Positions 37,849 through 51,289 of a stretch of DNA of 64,000 nucleotides are shown piece by piece. Source of the stretch: Adineta vaga (taxonomy: Eukaryota; Animalia; Rotifera); the NCBI GenBank assembly GCA_021613535.1, contig CP075493.1, positions 15,810,001-15,874,000 of the forward strand. The letters run 5' to 3'. Positions within the stretch are counted from its first letter, which is position 1, and every line of letters begins with the position of its first letter. A program made the position numbers and the translations under genes. The notes beneath the pieces were generated by a model, which worked only from the letters and a program-made list of their open reading frames with translations, had not been told where the DNA came from and made no database searches.

Positions 37849-40756
37849 ATGAGTTACAAAGCTGCCAAGACCAGTGGTCGAAAACAACAGGCAATTTTGA
37901 ATGATTTATTGACCTTTGATGCACTCTCAGCGTCAGCTGCAACGCGTTTGCCGCATGATTGCTATATGATTCTTGTCGGTCACATTACCAGCCATGAAGA
38001 TTTTGACAGACTGACGAAAGCAGCCGGAAATCACGATGGATCAGATGATAAACAAGAATCAGCGAATACAAATTTCACAATGATGGAATCTGAAGAAATG
38101 GAGTATTTTTTGGAATCTGCAACTTTGCTTCGGAAAACAGCCGTCGGCGAGCTCACTAATGATCGTGAACACCGTTTTGTCTATGAAGATAATTTCAATC
38201 CTGCTCTGTTGACTATGGTAAAAAAGCAAGCATCATTTCAACAATTGAAGAAGGTTTGTCGTTACTATGAAAAGCAAAAAGACGTTGATACAGAGAAGGT
38301 CATGGCTGAACATCTATATCGAACTGAACAATCTGCTCCATACTTCAAAAATATGGGTTTATCATCAGACGATTCCCAAGGAGCGGCCTTGGCTCTATCG
38401 TTTTACACAGGCACCAAGAGTGAATTAGTTAGTCGTGATGCTAATATTATCGCACGTCACGCAAACGGAGAAGTTATCGAAAATAAAACCGTCGAAGAAA
38501 TGCATGAAGCAGCGGTTATTCTCTATTTTTTAGTTAAAGCACTTTCTAATATTCCTTACTATTGGGGTTATGTTACGAGAGCTGTTACCTTGACCGATGA
38601 AGAACTCAAACTCTATATACCCGGTTGCCTAGTTACATGGATTCAATTTAGCAGCTCAAAGAAAGGCAAAGAGGTCGCCGCGGGTTTTGATTTTAGTATG
38701 CGAAACACTGTTTTTAAACTCTATTCATTAACCGGCCGTCCAATAGGGCAATTTTCTAATTTCCAAAATGAAGATGAGGTATTATTTTTACCACATTCTA
38801 CATTTTTTGTCTTCAGACACGATACCGACTATCACGGTTCACAGCATATTATTTACATGAGGCAGGTCGAATTGGGTCTTTGCGAGTGGTCCGTTTTATG
38901 GGTGGATGATCGAATATTTCATGAAAAATGGCAAAATAAAAGCGATATGGAAAGTGCAGCTACGAGATCCATGAATTTAAATGTGCATTTTATCCCAAAA
39001 ACATCAACTGAAAGTGCTCTTTCATTTCTTCGATCACCTTTTGGACAACGTTTGAAAAACAAAGACAAATTTCGTATTGTAACAGACATGAATCGTGAAA
39101 ATGAAAAGCCCGTTCATAATGCAGGTGCACGATTCATTAAAGCTGTACGACGTCTTGGCTTTAAAAACGCATGTATGGTATTTACTAGTGATCAAAGAAA
39201 AGCAGAACAAATTCTTCGATCAGAATTAAATTCAACAGATTTGAGTCGTGTGGCAGTATCAGATAGAACTAAAGATCTACGATCTTTTGTGAATTTTGAG
39301 CAAACAGTCACAAATCCTCAACAATCAATCTTTAAACATTCAGACGAATCTGATAAGTTTCAACAGTCAACATATTCTAGTAAGTTGAGAGAGAGAGAGA
39401 GAGACAGATCTGATGAAGTTTTTTCTTATCAATGCCATCGCTAGTGAAATTTTCAGAGTAGTTCTGATTGTTCGATAAACTGATGTAACTAAATCTTCGT
39501 GTTTTGTAAACTCTGCAAAGTTAATTTAGATCAATTCCTTCATCAGGTACGTGAGCAGTGGAAGTATCACATCTACTCACTGAAAAGCTATTTTTATGGC
39601 TAGTTTTTCTTCAGACTTGTGGCTACTCAAAAATCTCATAGCATTCTACTATTACCTGATCATTAGCAATTTTTGTGCAAGATGACTTTATGAGGAATCA
39701 ATCTTTCTCATCTTTTTAATGACTTTAGAACATGAAACAAATTCACACAAAATGCTCAGCGCCACTTCAAACATGTATCAAGGAAGCAGTAGTAGTCAAT
39801 ACGACGAAACTCCTAATGAAACTGACTATGAAATGATGCATAATCGAATGAATACCAATATTGACATTTTAATAAGAAATTGTAAAATACGAAATTTGGC
39901 AGATAGTCGTGATAAGTAAGTATTCGTATGATAGATACCATCCTGAGGATGATTGTACTCTTTAAGCTATTCATTAACGTTTTATAATATCTCTCATTTA
40001 TGTGTAGTTGTGTTTTGCTTACAACTGGTTCTTTTAATCCTGTTCATCCTTATCATTTTCAAAGTCTTCTACGTGTCAAACAATATCTTGAAAATGAACA
40101 TCAGCCTCCATGGAATGTACTTGCAGGATACATCTCGCCAACACAGTATGTTTCTTTCAATTTATTTCTTCCATAATCGATATGTGTATAAATTCTTTGC
40201 TAGTGATTCTTATGTGCGTCAAAAATTGGGTGACCGCGCATGGATTCCAGCTAACAATCGATGTCGACTTTGCGAAGGTGCTATCGAGTATGAGAGTGAA
40301 GAAATATCATCTTGGATTCGTGTTTCTCATGGTGAAAGTGAATGGTCTGATGGATTTGTTGATTTTGGTCCTGTCACCGAAAATTTCAGAGATTTTCTTA
40401 ATAGCAAACTTGTTGGGCAAGGAAACATTTTCAAATATCCATTGCGTGTAGTTTATGTTTGTGGATTAGATCATTATAACAAATGTTCTTATGTTGAAAG
40501 TATGGCAAAACAGAAAAACATGGCGTGTGCTGTTGTTTTTCGCGTGGGATATGATGAAAAACAAATAAGTCGTTCAGTGAAAACAACAAGTGTCATTTAC
40601 ATCCCCTTATCAACGGAATGTAATAAAACTGCTGATGTAAGTTCAACCGCAATTCGACAATATTTTGAAAATCCAAATACTAGCAAGACACATATCGAAC
40701 GATATATATATCCTAATGTTCGTGATTACATGTGTAGAAAGTACGCAAAAAAATGA
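37849..40756 (+). CDS. Predicted fusion of ADP-ribosyltransferase (R-S-E type) + receiver-like domain + NMNAT/NadD-like adenylyltransferase; 4 exons, ~802 aa
   Basis: Exons 37849-39379, 39729-39915, 40008-40145 and 40204-40756 (2409 nt, open frame). ART: YVTRAV, FSSSK, NEDEVLF. Receiver-like: VLWVDD...N, IVTDMNR, VFT. NMNAT: TGSFNPVHPYH, GYISPTHDSYV, VCGLD, VSSTAIR. Confidence 0.8.
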
Positions 40757-40846
40757 AACCTTGAATTTAAAGTTTAATTCTTCTTTTAAATGATTTTAAG
40801 ACTATTTTATCTCTACTATATTTATCTAATAAAACATATTTTCTAT

Positions 40847-40920
40847 CTTGAGGGTGTGGGTATAGGTGTAGATAGGAGTGTGTGTATCATGCTTTCTCTT
40901 TATCCCTACCCACTCTCCAA
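40847..40920. repeat. Degenerate telomere-repeat palindrome
   Basis: cttgagggtgtggg...ccctacccactctccaa, located between two convergent 3' ends. Confidence 0.5.
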
Positions 40921-41000
40921 TTGTGCATCGAAAAATGAATAAAAATATTAATTAGTTTCTTTTATTTCATTTTGAAGCAGATTATCACGAACATTATTTA

Positions 41001-43802
41001 TTAAAAATAAATTCGATTATCATTTTCTTTTAATTGTTGTCTGACTGCTACGGAAACTTCCTTGTTGAATGAAAGATCCAATGACTTAATTATCTATACA
41101 AAACAAAAAGAACAAGAAATCAGAGAGATAATAAGAGAATCAAGCTTACTTTATTATATTGTAAAGCATCAGCAAGAGATTGCGCACTGTCGTCTGTGAT
41201 TTTATTGTTAGAAAGAGACAATTGGATAAGTCCCTGTGGATCAGAAAAAAGATAACTATGAAAATGAAGAAAACAATGATATATTTACTGTGTTATTTTT
41301 TAATGCATCAGCTAAATATTGTGCACCAATGTTTCCGATATTGTTGGATGTGAGGTATAGTGTTTTGAGCATCTGTGTGCAGAGGAAAAAAGATTATCAT
41401 GCGAAAGGGAAATAAAAAAAAGATATGAATGTTACTGAATTATTTTGTAAAGCATCAGCAAGATATTGTGCGCCATCATCGCCAATTCCATTACTTGTCA
41501 GTACAAGTATGTTGAGCATCTGTGTGAAACAAAAAAATAATTAGAAGAAATATAAATAGGATAATTACTATGTTTTGTTGCAAGACATCAGCAAAATACT
41601 TCGCTCCAAGTGCTGTTATGTTATTTTTGTCAAGAGATAATGATTTCAGGATCTGTGCAAAAAATGGATCATGAATAAGGAATAAAAAATCGAAAATGAA
41701 AGTCACTGTATTATTTTGCAAAGCATAAGCGAGATGTTGTGCACCAATAGGTCCGATTTTATTGTAACCAATTTGTAACTGTTGAAGTTTCTATACTCAG
41801 AGCAAAAGCAATGCGTGTGTGAAAAATGTAAAACAATTAAATATTACCATGTTATTTCTTAGACTATCGGCAAGATATTGTGCACCTAGATCATCAATAT
41901 GATTGAGGGAGACATCTAATACAGTTAACTCCTAGATATACAGAATAGAATAGTTATGAAGACAGAATAACGCTCACTGCGCCATTTTGTAAGGCATTTG
42001 CGAGGTGTTTCACTCCATCATTCCCGATCTGAGTACTTGACAATTCAAGAGTGGTGAGTATCTGTATGAAAGAAAACAACACAAACAGAAAATAAAGAAG
42101 AGAAACAGAAAACAAAAGGTATAGTTGCCTTGTTCTGTTCTATTGCATCAGCGAGATGTTTAGCTCCAAGAACTCCAATTTTATTGTTTGCGAGATTTAA
42201 TGTGACCAGTTTCTGTCCAAAGAACAATAAGTGGATATTAAACAAAGAAAAGTGGATGACACCTACTGTGTTATATAGCAAAGCATCAGCAAGAGACTGC
42301 GCACCGCCTTCCGTAATTTTATTACTAGACAAGTACAAACCCATGAGTCTCTATGCATCAAGAAACGAATAGAAGTATGAAAAATGAGGAAAACAATGAT
42401 ATTCACTGTGTTATTTTTTAATGCATCAGCAAAATATTGTGCACCTATGTTTCCGACATTACTAGATATGAGGTAGAGTGTTTCGAGCTTTTGTGTGTAG
42501 AGTAAAAATAGATTATCATCAAAGAGAATTTAAAAAATAACATGAATGTTACTGTATTATTTTGTAAAGCATCAGCAAGATATTGTGCTCCATAGTCTCC
42601 GATTTTAGTGCCTTGGAGAACTAATGTTTTGAGCGTCTGTATGAAGACAACAAATGAATGTGAAATGGACAAAAAGAAAATACTTATTACCGGGTTATCT
42701 TGTATAGCTTCAGCAAGATGTTGTGCACCTTTATCACCAACAGCATTATAATTGATGCTCAGCGAAATGAGTGCCTAGATATCAAGAGTATGAAACATTG
42801 CTGTTCTAAATCTTAATTGAAAACTAAACATAGAGTTTACGGATATACTTCATGATTTCATTACAGTTCTTTTTCTGTACATAAGTACAGTAATAAGATG
42901 TTTATATAGGATTACATAGAAATGCAATTAGGTCAACAATATGCTGTAACTTTCGTATGTTGTAGACTTATTTTCCTTAAGAGACTGAGTGAAGCAGATA
43001 TTCTCTTACGATATCTCGTATCGCCTGGTTTGCCACAATTTCCATGTCTTGATCAGTCAAATTGTTGAACGGCAACGCCATGAACTGTTGATTTTTGTTT
43101 TCCGCAATGAATTGTTCAAGTGCGGAATTATGGTATACGAGTGGTGAACCTAGCATGATAAGATATCACTTAGATAAACATCTAAGAACAATACAATGCA
43201 AAATGTCATTATCTTTTACAATTATTGTTAAGAATCGACAATAAATTTCGGTATCAATTAAAAGGAAACTTATTCCATAGAAGAGTATGAGCAACATTTT
43301 TCCTTTTAAATTTGAAAAATTTGAGAAGCATACCTGTTGTTGTATCACTCATATTTGTGGAAGTTGAGGTGATTGTACTCGTTGTCATTGTCGTATTCAT
43401 TACTATTCATCAAAAATAAACATAAACCTTCTTTTATCATGTTTCGTTATTTGAAAATTTTTAGAACAAAATTTCTCTATTTTGTTTCTCATAGAGAATG
43501 TCACTAGGATTATATTTTTTCTACATACTAGATTGTATTGGAGGACAGAGGTTTCTATCAATCATCGATGATGGATAACATCTAGGACGATCTCCACATC
43601 GACTGTGATGAATACATAGATGCGATCGATCTGAACATTTTAGTGAAGGTCCACATAGTTCAAGTTCAGCACAAAACGTATAAAGAAAGGCACAAATACC
43701 AACATTATTTGCACCAACCATAGGGAAGCACCCACAAGCACTATTACTCGAACATCTATCATATGGCGTCATGTTACGACATATTTGAGTGTTTACTCGA
43801 CC
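41001..43802 (-). CDS. Cys-rich domain + T-rich linker + RI-type LRR protein, one 28-aa repeat per ~84-nt exon
   Basis: Cys-rich exon at about 43530-43802, linker exon at about 43333, cap exon at about 43009-43149, twelve phase-0 exons of the form L.L..N.IG..GAQ.LADAL.NN, and a last exon ending DNRIYF*. The first exon is unresolved. Confidence 0.82.
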
Positions 43803-45379
43803 TAGTACAAAACCAATCAGTGTACAGCAACAGGTAAAATCAAATAGCAAACAAACCTATCAAACTACAATGAAAAACATTTTATTCATCGAAAAATTGA
43901 AAATAAAACTAAAATTTCAAATACCTCAATAGAATAAAAATAAAATAACCTGATATTCTTCTTTCCATCAATAGATTAGATTTAAACGAGATAATATCTT
44001 GATGAAATCAATTTTTACTACTCGTAATATATATATATATATAGTCATCGTGTATAGAAATAGTTTGAAAATAAAGAATTGGACTTTGTATAATCCTTTT
44101 GATAATTGAAAATACGATACTATTGTTTTTCATTCTATTAAAAGTAATCCTATAGTGACCATGTTATACGAGGATACAAATATGAGCGCATCCTCTTGAT
44201 CATCACCTTCAAGATACAGCGAACAACAAAGGAGATAATCAATCGTGAAGTTGTAAATAAAATAAGCACACATGAACTTCTAAGAAGATGTTTATGTTCC
44301 GTTAATTGTTCTCAGAGATGAGCATTAAATGAATGCTGTGTGCGTACAGTGGCACGTTTTCGTACAATGCATACAATAATAACAATAGCTGAGATAATTG
44401 ACGAGAAAAGGAACAAATGCATGAAAAATAGTTAGTGGAGCATTATAGATATAAAGTGCAGACGATTGACGACGTTTTTTTGCTTCGAATATCATCGAGA
44501 ATATTTCGATGGAATGGATCATACACTAGAAAAGAAGAATTTTTTATTTCTGGTATAAAAGAATGACACGAACAACTTAGACAGTTTGTATCAAATAAAA
44601 AAATAGTCGTTTTCATCTCTTTGTAGGTGTAGAGATTCTCATTGCATAAAAACCTTTTCCTGTAATCAATGCGAGTTATTAGTATGCCATTGACAATCAT
44701 TTATAGAAACTAGAGTATCGATGTGTGTACGTCACGATAAAATTCAAAATGACAATTAAGAGATCATTTTTTGGACAATTCTCTTGTACTATTCAATAAG
44801 AAGTACAATATCTAAAAGTACAAAAACGAGAAAAGTCTGAAAAAAGATAGTGAAACAAAACTTTCATATTTGTATCATCTAAAATTGATTTAACTATGAG
44901 AAAGCGTGCAAAAAAACGTACGTCGTTCTCCATTATTATTTGATATACTAAACACGTGGCTATATAACTTGCATTTCATGAGGAATAAACATCACAACCA
45001 TATGTTGTATCATTTTCTTCACGTAAACTTCGATTGATATCGTTAATCTTTTCTATTCTCGAAATCTTTTCCAAAAAGAGTTTACAAGGACTGAACGTCC
45101 ATTTATGTTCGAAGTCGAATTAGGTAACTCATGAAAACATGTGACTTAGTTTTGATTCATTATATTCCAACGGATAATTGCATATATAAAAAAAAGTTCG
45201 CTCATTTTCTTGGTTAATATCCCTCCAAAATTGGAGGAAGATAATTAGCTTTCCAATGAACGGCATTATAATGTTAGATGCTAAATGAAAAAGAAATGCA
45301 AATATTACCATTAAATCTCGTAGATTATCAGCGAAGCTCTTCTTTATATGTATCATAGTGTTAGGATAAAATAAAATTA

Positions 45380-47764
45380 TGGTATTTGTCTGTAATAATA
45401 CTCTTAGATATTCTACACTTGGATTTCCTATTCGATTATGAGAAATATTCATTTGTTGAGGTGTCTAAAGATAATCAGAATATATGTATTAGCTGAAGAG
45501 AAATAAAAATATCTTTATTCATTTCCAATGCATTTGCAAGTTATTTTGTTCCTTCTGCTAAGATTTAATAAAGTTAATGTCTAATTATAGATGAATAAAT
45601 TGATTAGAATGAACGATTAGAACCGAATAATATTCACTGTGTTTCTCTCTGATGCGTCAGCAATATGTTCTGCTCTCCAAACTCCAATTTCATTCATGCT
45701 AAGGTTTAGTCTCAAAAGTATCTGTGTATGAAGTAGTACAACAGCCATTAGTCCTGCTCCATAATCGCCAATCTAATTATTGGTCAGATCGATTTCTACT
45801 AGTGTCTATAAATTAAGTATAAAATAAAAACATACGAGAGAATTGGATAATGAGAATTACTTTGTTGATTTTCAACATATTCGCAAGATATTTCCTTCTT
45901 TTAATTCCAATTCGAGTATTTTTCAATATAAATGTTGTTAATGTCTATTAAAAGAAAATCAGATAAAAATCCAAAAATTGAAATAGAGAGATCATGAGAA
46001 ATACTGTATTATCTTGTATGACGTCAGCAAGACTCTTAGTACCAGTTGCTCCGATTCGATTGTGGGAAAAAATCACTGTTTTTAGTATCTTTAAGTGTTA
46101 TATAAAGAAGAATGTATATTTGATCATACATATCAGAGTATTACCGTATTATCTCGTAATCCAGAAGCAAGTTTTTGTGCACCGTAGTCATAAATTACAC
46201 TTCTTTCTAAACACAATGTTATCAATCTCTATAAATAGAATAGATAGTAATATGCATTAGAAAAAGTAATAATAAAAATAATTTACAGTATTATTTCTTA
46301 AGATATCATCAAGATAATCTATTGCATATTCTGATAGAAAAATCTTTATCATATTCATTACAGAAAGTGTCTGTATATGCAAATGAAAGAATAGAATTTT
46401 TTCGAACATTACTGGATGATTGCTAATGATGGAAATAAAATATTCGATTGTATATCTTTCGTAATTATTTCAAGGTTTAGTTCCAAAGTAGTAAATGTCT
46501 ATATATGAATTGAAATAGTATCAAAGAAAGATTTTGAAGAGTAGAAATTCACTTGATCAGTTTGTAATCTGATACCTGTTTCTTAACACAAGTATCTGCT
46601 TTTGTAAATTATGCCTAAATCTAACGTTTCTAGAGTCTGCATATAAAAGAGATTGTAAAAATGTGAGATATTTTATATTTTACTACTAACTGTATTGTAT
46701 TTTAATCCACCCAAAAGTATTTTTATTTCATTTTTATCTGATACATTTGCATTGAGATGTAGTATTTTTAGTGTCTGTTTAAAAAGCGAATGATATGTAC
46801 AAGTTCGAATAAAAGAGACAAAGTGAAAGTTACTGTGTTTGTTCGCAAAAGATCAGGAATATATTGTGCGCGTCTGTTGAATTGATGTCAATTCTATTAA
46901 GAAATACTTTAGAAATAGTCTAGACGAACGATACAGTATAAGAAAAAGTAACGAATAATATAATATTAATTTGAGAAACATCAGCGAAGTACATCATTTG
47001 TTCATCTCGAATATTATTATTGTGTAGTTGGATTTAATTGATTGTCTAAATGTAGAATAGACAATCGATAAGATTGAAATAATGAGGAACTATGAGTAAC
47101 TGTATTGTTCCGTAAAGCATCGATAATATACTTGACGCTTTCAGTGTTAAGACGAATGTTGTTCAATGAAAATTTGATTAATGACTATAACAATAAGACA
47201 TCGAACGTTGCTTATATCATTTTTTATTCGGTTCGCCGCTCCAACAACTTTATCGCAAGAATTCCTATTTAGTTCAAGATACACTTTGATCAGAGTATGT
47301 TGTAAAAATTCAAATAAATATTCTGCTCTAAGAATATCAATTCGATTAGAATTAAGATTGAGTGTCGTAAGAATCTGTGTATGCACAAAAAAAAATTACC
47401 AGATTTTCTCGTAATGCCAAAGCGAGATATCGTGCACCATATGGTCTCCAATTTTGAGCGTCTAGATATCACAAAATGCCTCGCACAGCGGATACATTCC
47501 GTTGTCTCCTATTCTGTTCCATCCGCAATGTCTAGTACTGTAAGTGTCTATGTAAAGTAGCAAAATTGAATAGAAACTATAGAAGAGAATAATAATGACT
47601 TTGTTAGTTTTTAACATCTGAGCTATATACTGAACTCCTTTCGCATCAATACGATTTAAACAAAGAGTTAAAAGATTATTTGGTTCTTGTTAAATGCATG
47701 GAGAAGATACTGTATGTCGCAATCATTTATACAAAGGCAAGAGAGATCTAGTTCGATAAGTGTC
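45380..47764 (-). pseudogene. Decayed one-repeat-per-exon LRR array
   Basis: Remnants such as LTTLNLNSNRIDILRAEYL and MNISHNRIGNPSVEYL at ~130-bp spacing, with stops and frameshifts. Confidence 0.7.
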
Positions 47765-48016
47765 TGTATATGAATATCGTTTTGAAAAAGATATCTTTAT
47801 TTTTCCTTATAAAAAACGTTGAACATAGTAATAAAGCATCATATTTAGAACTAAATTTAATCAACCTTCTTTTTTATTAAATAATTACTTACATCGATGA
47901 CACTTTTTTTTGTTAAATCGTTAAATTAAATGATAACCATTGTTTTTATATAAGATTACATAGATCGAACCGCAGCCTTAGTAGTAGTAGTGGTCAGTAT
48001 CATTCATTGGTACTGT

Positions 48017-48655
48017 TTAAAGGGAAATAGCTGAACGACCTAAAACCCATTCACAAACGGTAAACCAACATTTATCATCAAGCCAAAATGGTACTTCAAA
48101 CGGAGCTATGAGCGAGGGAAGGTCAATCATATCGTTTGATGGAATTCCGAGGGTAACGAAGAATTTTATTACTAAATGAGCTAATTTACATTGACTAGGC
48201 CATGTCATATCGTTGGCACTGTAATAAAATTGTTCCCAACATAGTTTCTGAAGATTTGATTCCATAATCTATGATGCGAACTTATAATGTTTTAAATGCC
48301 ATGGTGAATAGTGAGATCAGTTGTTTGTAATTTATGTTTTCGAAAAGAATTTCTAAACTTTCGCCTTTCGAATCATGAACGGTCAAATATCGAAGTCGTG
48401 TAAATCGAATGTCAGACTTATGAAACAATTCCTTAAATAGTCTAGACCATCCGGAATGAGATGTAGTGTATGTGGTGGTGGAAACAACATAGCACTCATC
48501 TTAAATTCAAGTTTAAATTGTTTATATTGATACGCAATAGTACGAAGTCATGTGCAAACACGACCAATTCTATATACTATCGTTCGAACATCACAATAAT
48601 CAAATATGTGATGAAGTATTTCGACAGGTAGTTTGGTTAGATATGCGTTTTCCAT
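48017..48655 (-). pseudogene. F-box protein 5' region, probably the head of the decayed LRR gene
   Basis: MENAYLTKLPVEILHHIFDYCDVRTIVYRIGRVCT*LRTIA: an F-box motif with a stop. Confidence 0.7.
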
Positions 48656-49252
48656 GGAAGTCTATTAATTACTACGTTTAGTTTTTGATGCGCGATATAA
48701 TCTTAAAAAGAGAGAACAAAAATAAACATAGAGAGAATTGTATTGATTTTAGTTTTGTCAATATTAAAATATAACTAGAAAAGTAGCTTAAGAATGAAGA
48801 TGATGTTACTACCGTCGAGCATGAAATTCTAAATTGTTACTATCACTATTCCCATCATAAAACTTACTGATAAATGCTTTACTTATCATCTGCATGCAGA
48901 TAACCATGTGTTTTTTCTCTGTTCTCCCTCAGATTCTTTAACTTTTGTGTAAAGTTTTATCCCGTACATGAAAGAAACATTTGATTAATATTACAAAATT
49001 CGAAATGTTTTTTTTCTGTTTTAAATGATACAAATGTGTTGCTAGTAGTCAAATCTTTTTATTTCATATAGATTATTCAATATTATTGGATTATGATTTT
49101 CACAATAATTGATACAATAAATCTAATATAACAGATATCATGAGCTTCTGATATCGATTACTATTTGATTGAGTTAGCGGTCAATCACATTCGGTCTGTT
49201 ATCCTATGGACTATATACATTATAGTAAATAAACGCTCATCCACACCCTTAT

Positions 49253-51289
49253 CTAAACATTTTTCTCTATAATTTCAATCCAATGACATGTAGTTTCAAT
49301 ATCTGGATGAGTTGGAGGAAGAGAATGTTTCTGTATGTCTTGGGCTCGTTGAAAGTACGACAATGCTTTCGAATTCGCTCCTGTGTTGTAATACAGGACG
49401 CCGATGCTGTGGCAGGCAGAAGCCAAGGAGAGGTGATTTGCAGGAAGAGTTTTCTCAAAGATATCAAGTGTTCTTTCGTAGAACGACAATGCTTCCATGT
49501 ACTCTTTCATATTGGCATACACTAGACCAATGTTATAATAGGAAGCCCCTAGGAATGGATGATTTGCAGGAAGATTTCTCTGTAAGTTAGCAAGTGTTTT
49601 TTCGTAGAACGACAGCGCTTTCTTGTACTCTTTCATATCGGCATACACCAAACCAATGTTATTGTAAGAAGTAGCTAGATTAGGATCATTTTCAGGGAGA
49701 TTTTTCTGATCGATATCAAGTACTTTTTCATAGAATGACAGTGCCTTCGAATGCTGTTCCATTTTGGAATACACCAAGCCAATGTTGTTGTAGGAAGCAG
49801 CTAAATAAGGATGATTTTCAGAAAGAATTTTTTCATTAACACCAATTGATTGTTCATAATAACGAATAGCTGCTTCGTAATCACCTTGTTGATCCTTGAT
49901 GCGTCCCAAATCATTATGATAATAGGCTTGATCGTGTTGTTCCAATGTCTGCCCAAGCAAGGTGAGACACAATTCTTCGGCTTTGTCCAGTTGTCCAACC
50001 CGGATCAGTAATTTAGCAATCCGGCTCCATCCTGTAATACCTTGCGTCTCTTCTTCGAACCTTCTGGTAAGTCTGCGAAGTTGTTCGTCATCATCCGCCG
50101 TCAGAGCCAGTTGCACTTCGAAGAGCTGACCACCCTCGTCTATTCTCTTCACTTGATTGATACGAAAGATGCTATGCATGGAAAAGAGTATCTCCGCTTC
50201 GGTTTGAAAATAACTGGCGGCTTGAATATCAGCGAAGGGTGTCGACGAGATTGTCGGATCAACGGTTATGACGAAAAGAATACCGACCATGCCCGTCTTC
50301 TTCGAAGAACCTTGAGCGAAGTTTAAGGAAACAGACTTCTCCTTGCTGGTGGAAAGAAAGTTGTTGAACGATATTAGTCCACCTTGTGTATTTTTCAGTT
50401 TCTCGAAATTGATTGTCGAGAGTCCTTGTCCTCGGTAAACCATAAAAGGTTGGTCACGATACTGACTAATCTGCTCTTGATGTAGTTGCCCAATTTGTCG
50501 ATGAAGATCATGAATAAAGAAGCCCATATTGACGATTATGTCCGCTTCCAATAATCGGAGAGCTCGATTAAGCATCTGATAAGTAAAACACTCTCGAGTG
50601 TACCACCAAATTGCCTTATTTGGACAATAGTCCCTCTCGAATTCATCGATGACTGTCAATTCGCTTGAATTACCAGTATATTTTCCTCTGCAGTAGTTTA
50701 TCAGGTCCTGGCGAGATTGCTCGCTGTGTTCCATATTGATCAAAGCATCCTTGAATAATTGGGTGTACATAAAGGAAGGCTCTATTTGATTCAGATCAGT
50801 AGTGGAGCTCATCTCATTCGAGACAACAAAGCTTATCGGCATGGTGTCTTGATTGTATTGCTTGACAGAAGATTGAAGGGCCTCACAGATGAGTTGGATG
50901 CGGTTGTATACACCCTTGATTTTGGGCCACTTTGTGATCCACTGTTTGTGTGCGCCCTGATTGCCACATAATATATAAATAGAATTCAACTGTGTCATCG
51001 AATGAATTTGTGGCACTAACTCTTGTCCCATATAGCCTGAACTAATAACAAAGACTTCCTCAGTATGAATCCTTTGCAGAAAGTCCATACACTGATCTAG
51101 TTGATTGAATACTGTAACATTGTTGATCACATTACGTATTTGATACAGAGTCTGTTGGAAATCCTTGTCGAACTCTGTGATACTGCCGTCTATCCATATG
51201 AGTAGAACATTCTGGAGAATGCGTCCTTTGGACGAATCTGTGTCCAACTTTTTGGCTGCGTTTGTAGCATTATTGATTGAACTAGCCAT
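49253..51289 (-). CDS. ADP-ribosyltransferase + TPR (42-aa repeats) protein, intronless
   Basis: N-terminal LIWID domain; AIWWYTR, VYRGQG, FLSTS, TEAEILF; repeats of HP.LA.SYNNIGLVY...KALSFYEK. Confidence 0.93.
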   Translation of the reverse strand: MASSINNATNAAKKLDTDSSKGRILQNVLLIWIDGSITEFDKDFQQTLYQIRNVINNVTVFNQLDQCMDFLQRIHTEEVFVISSGYMGQELVPQIHSMTQLNSIYILCGNQGAHKQWITKWPKIKGVYNRIQLICEALQSSVKQYNQDTMPISFVVSNEMSSTTDLNQIEPSFMYTQLFKDALINMEHSEQSRQDLINYCRGKYTGNSSELTVIDEFERDYCPNKAIWWYTRECFTYQMLNRALRLLEADIIVNMGFFIHDLHRQIGQLHQEQISQYRDQPFMVYRGQGLSTINFEKLKNTQGGLISFNNFLSTSKEKSVSLNFAQGSSKKTGMVGILFVITVDPTISSTPFADIQAASYFQTEAEILFSMHSIFRINQVKRIDEGGQLFEVQLALTADDDEQLRRLTRRFEEETQGITGWSRIAKLLIRVGQLDKAEELCLTLLGQTLEQHDQAYYHNDLGRIKDQQGDYEAAIRYYEQSIGVNEKILSENHPYLAASYNNIGLVYSKMEQHSKALSFYEKVLDIDQKNLPENDPNLATSYNNIGLVYADMKEYKKALSFYEKTLANLQRNLPANHPFLGASYYNIGLVYANMKEYMEALSFYERTLDIFEKTLPANHLSLASACHSIGVLYYNTGANSKALSYFQRAQDIQKHSLPPTHPDIETTCHWIEIIEKNV

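Noticed and set aside
39953-40203. Hydrophobic N-terminus of the 267-aa track ORF, suggesting a membrane protein
   Set aside because: It is intron plus out-of-frame exon; the real frame encodes GSFNPVHPYH.
49267-50971. Short ORFs overlapping the ART-TPR gene
   Set aside because: Shadow frames of the 678-aa CDS.
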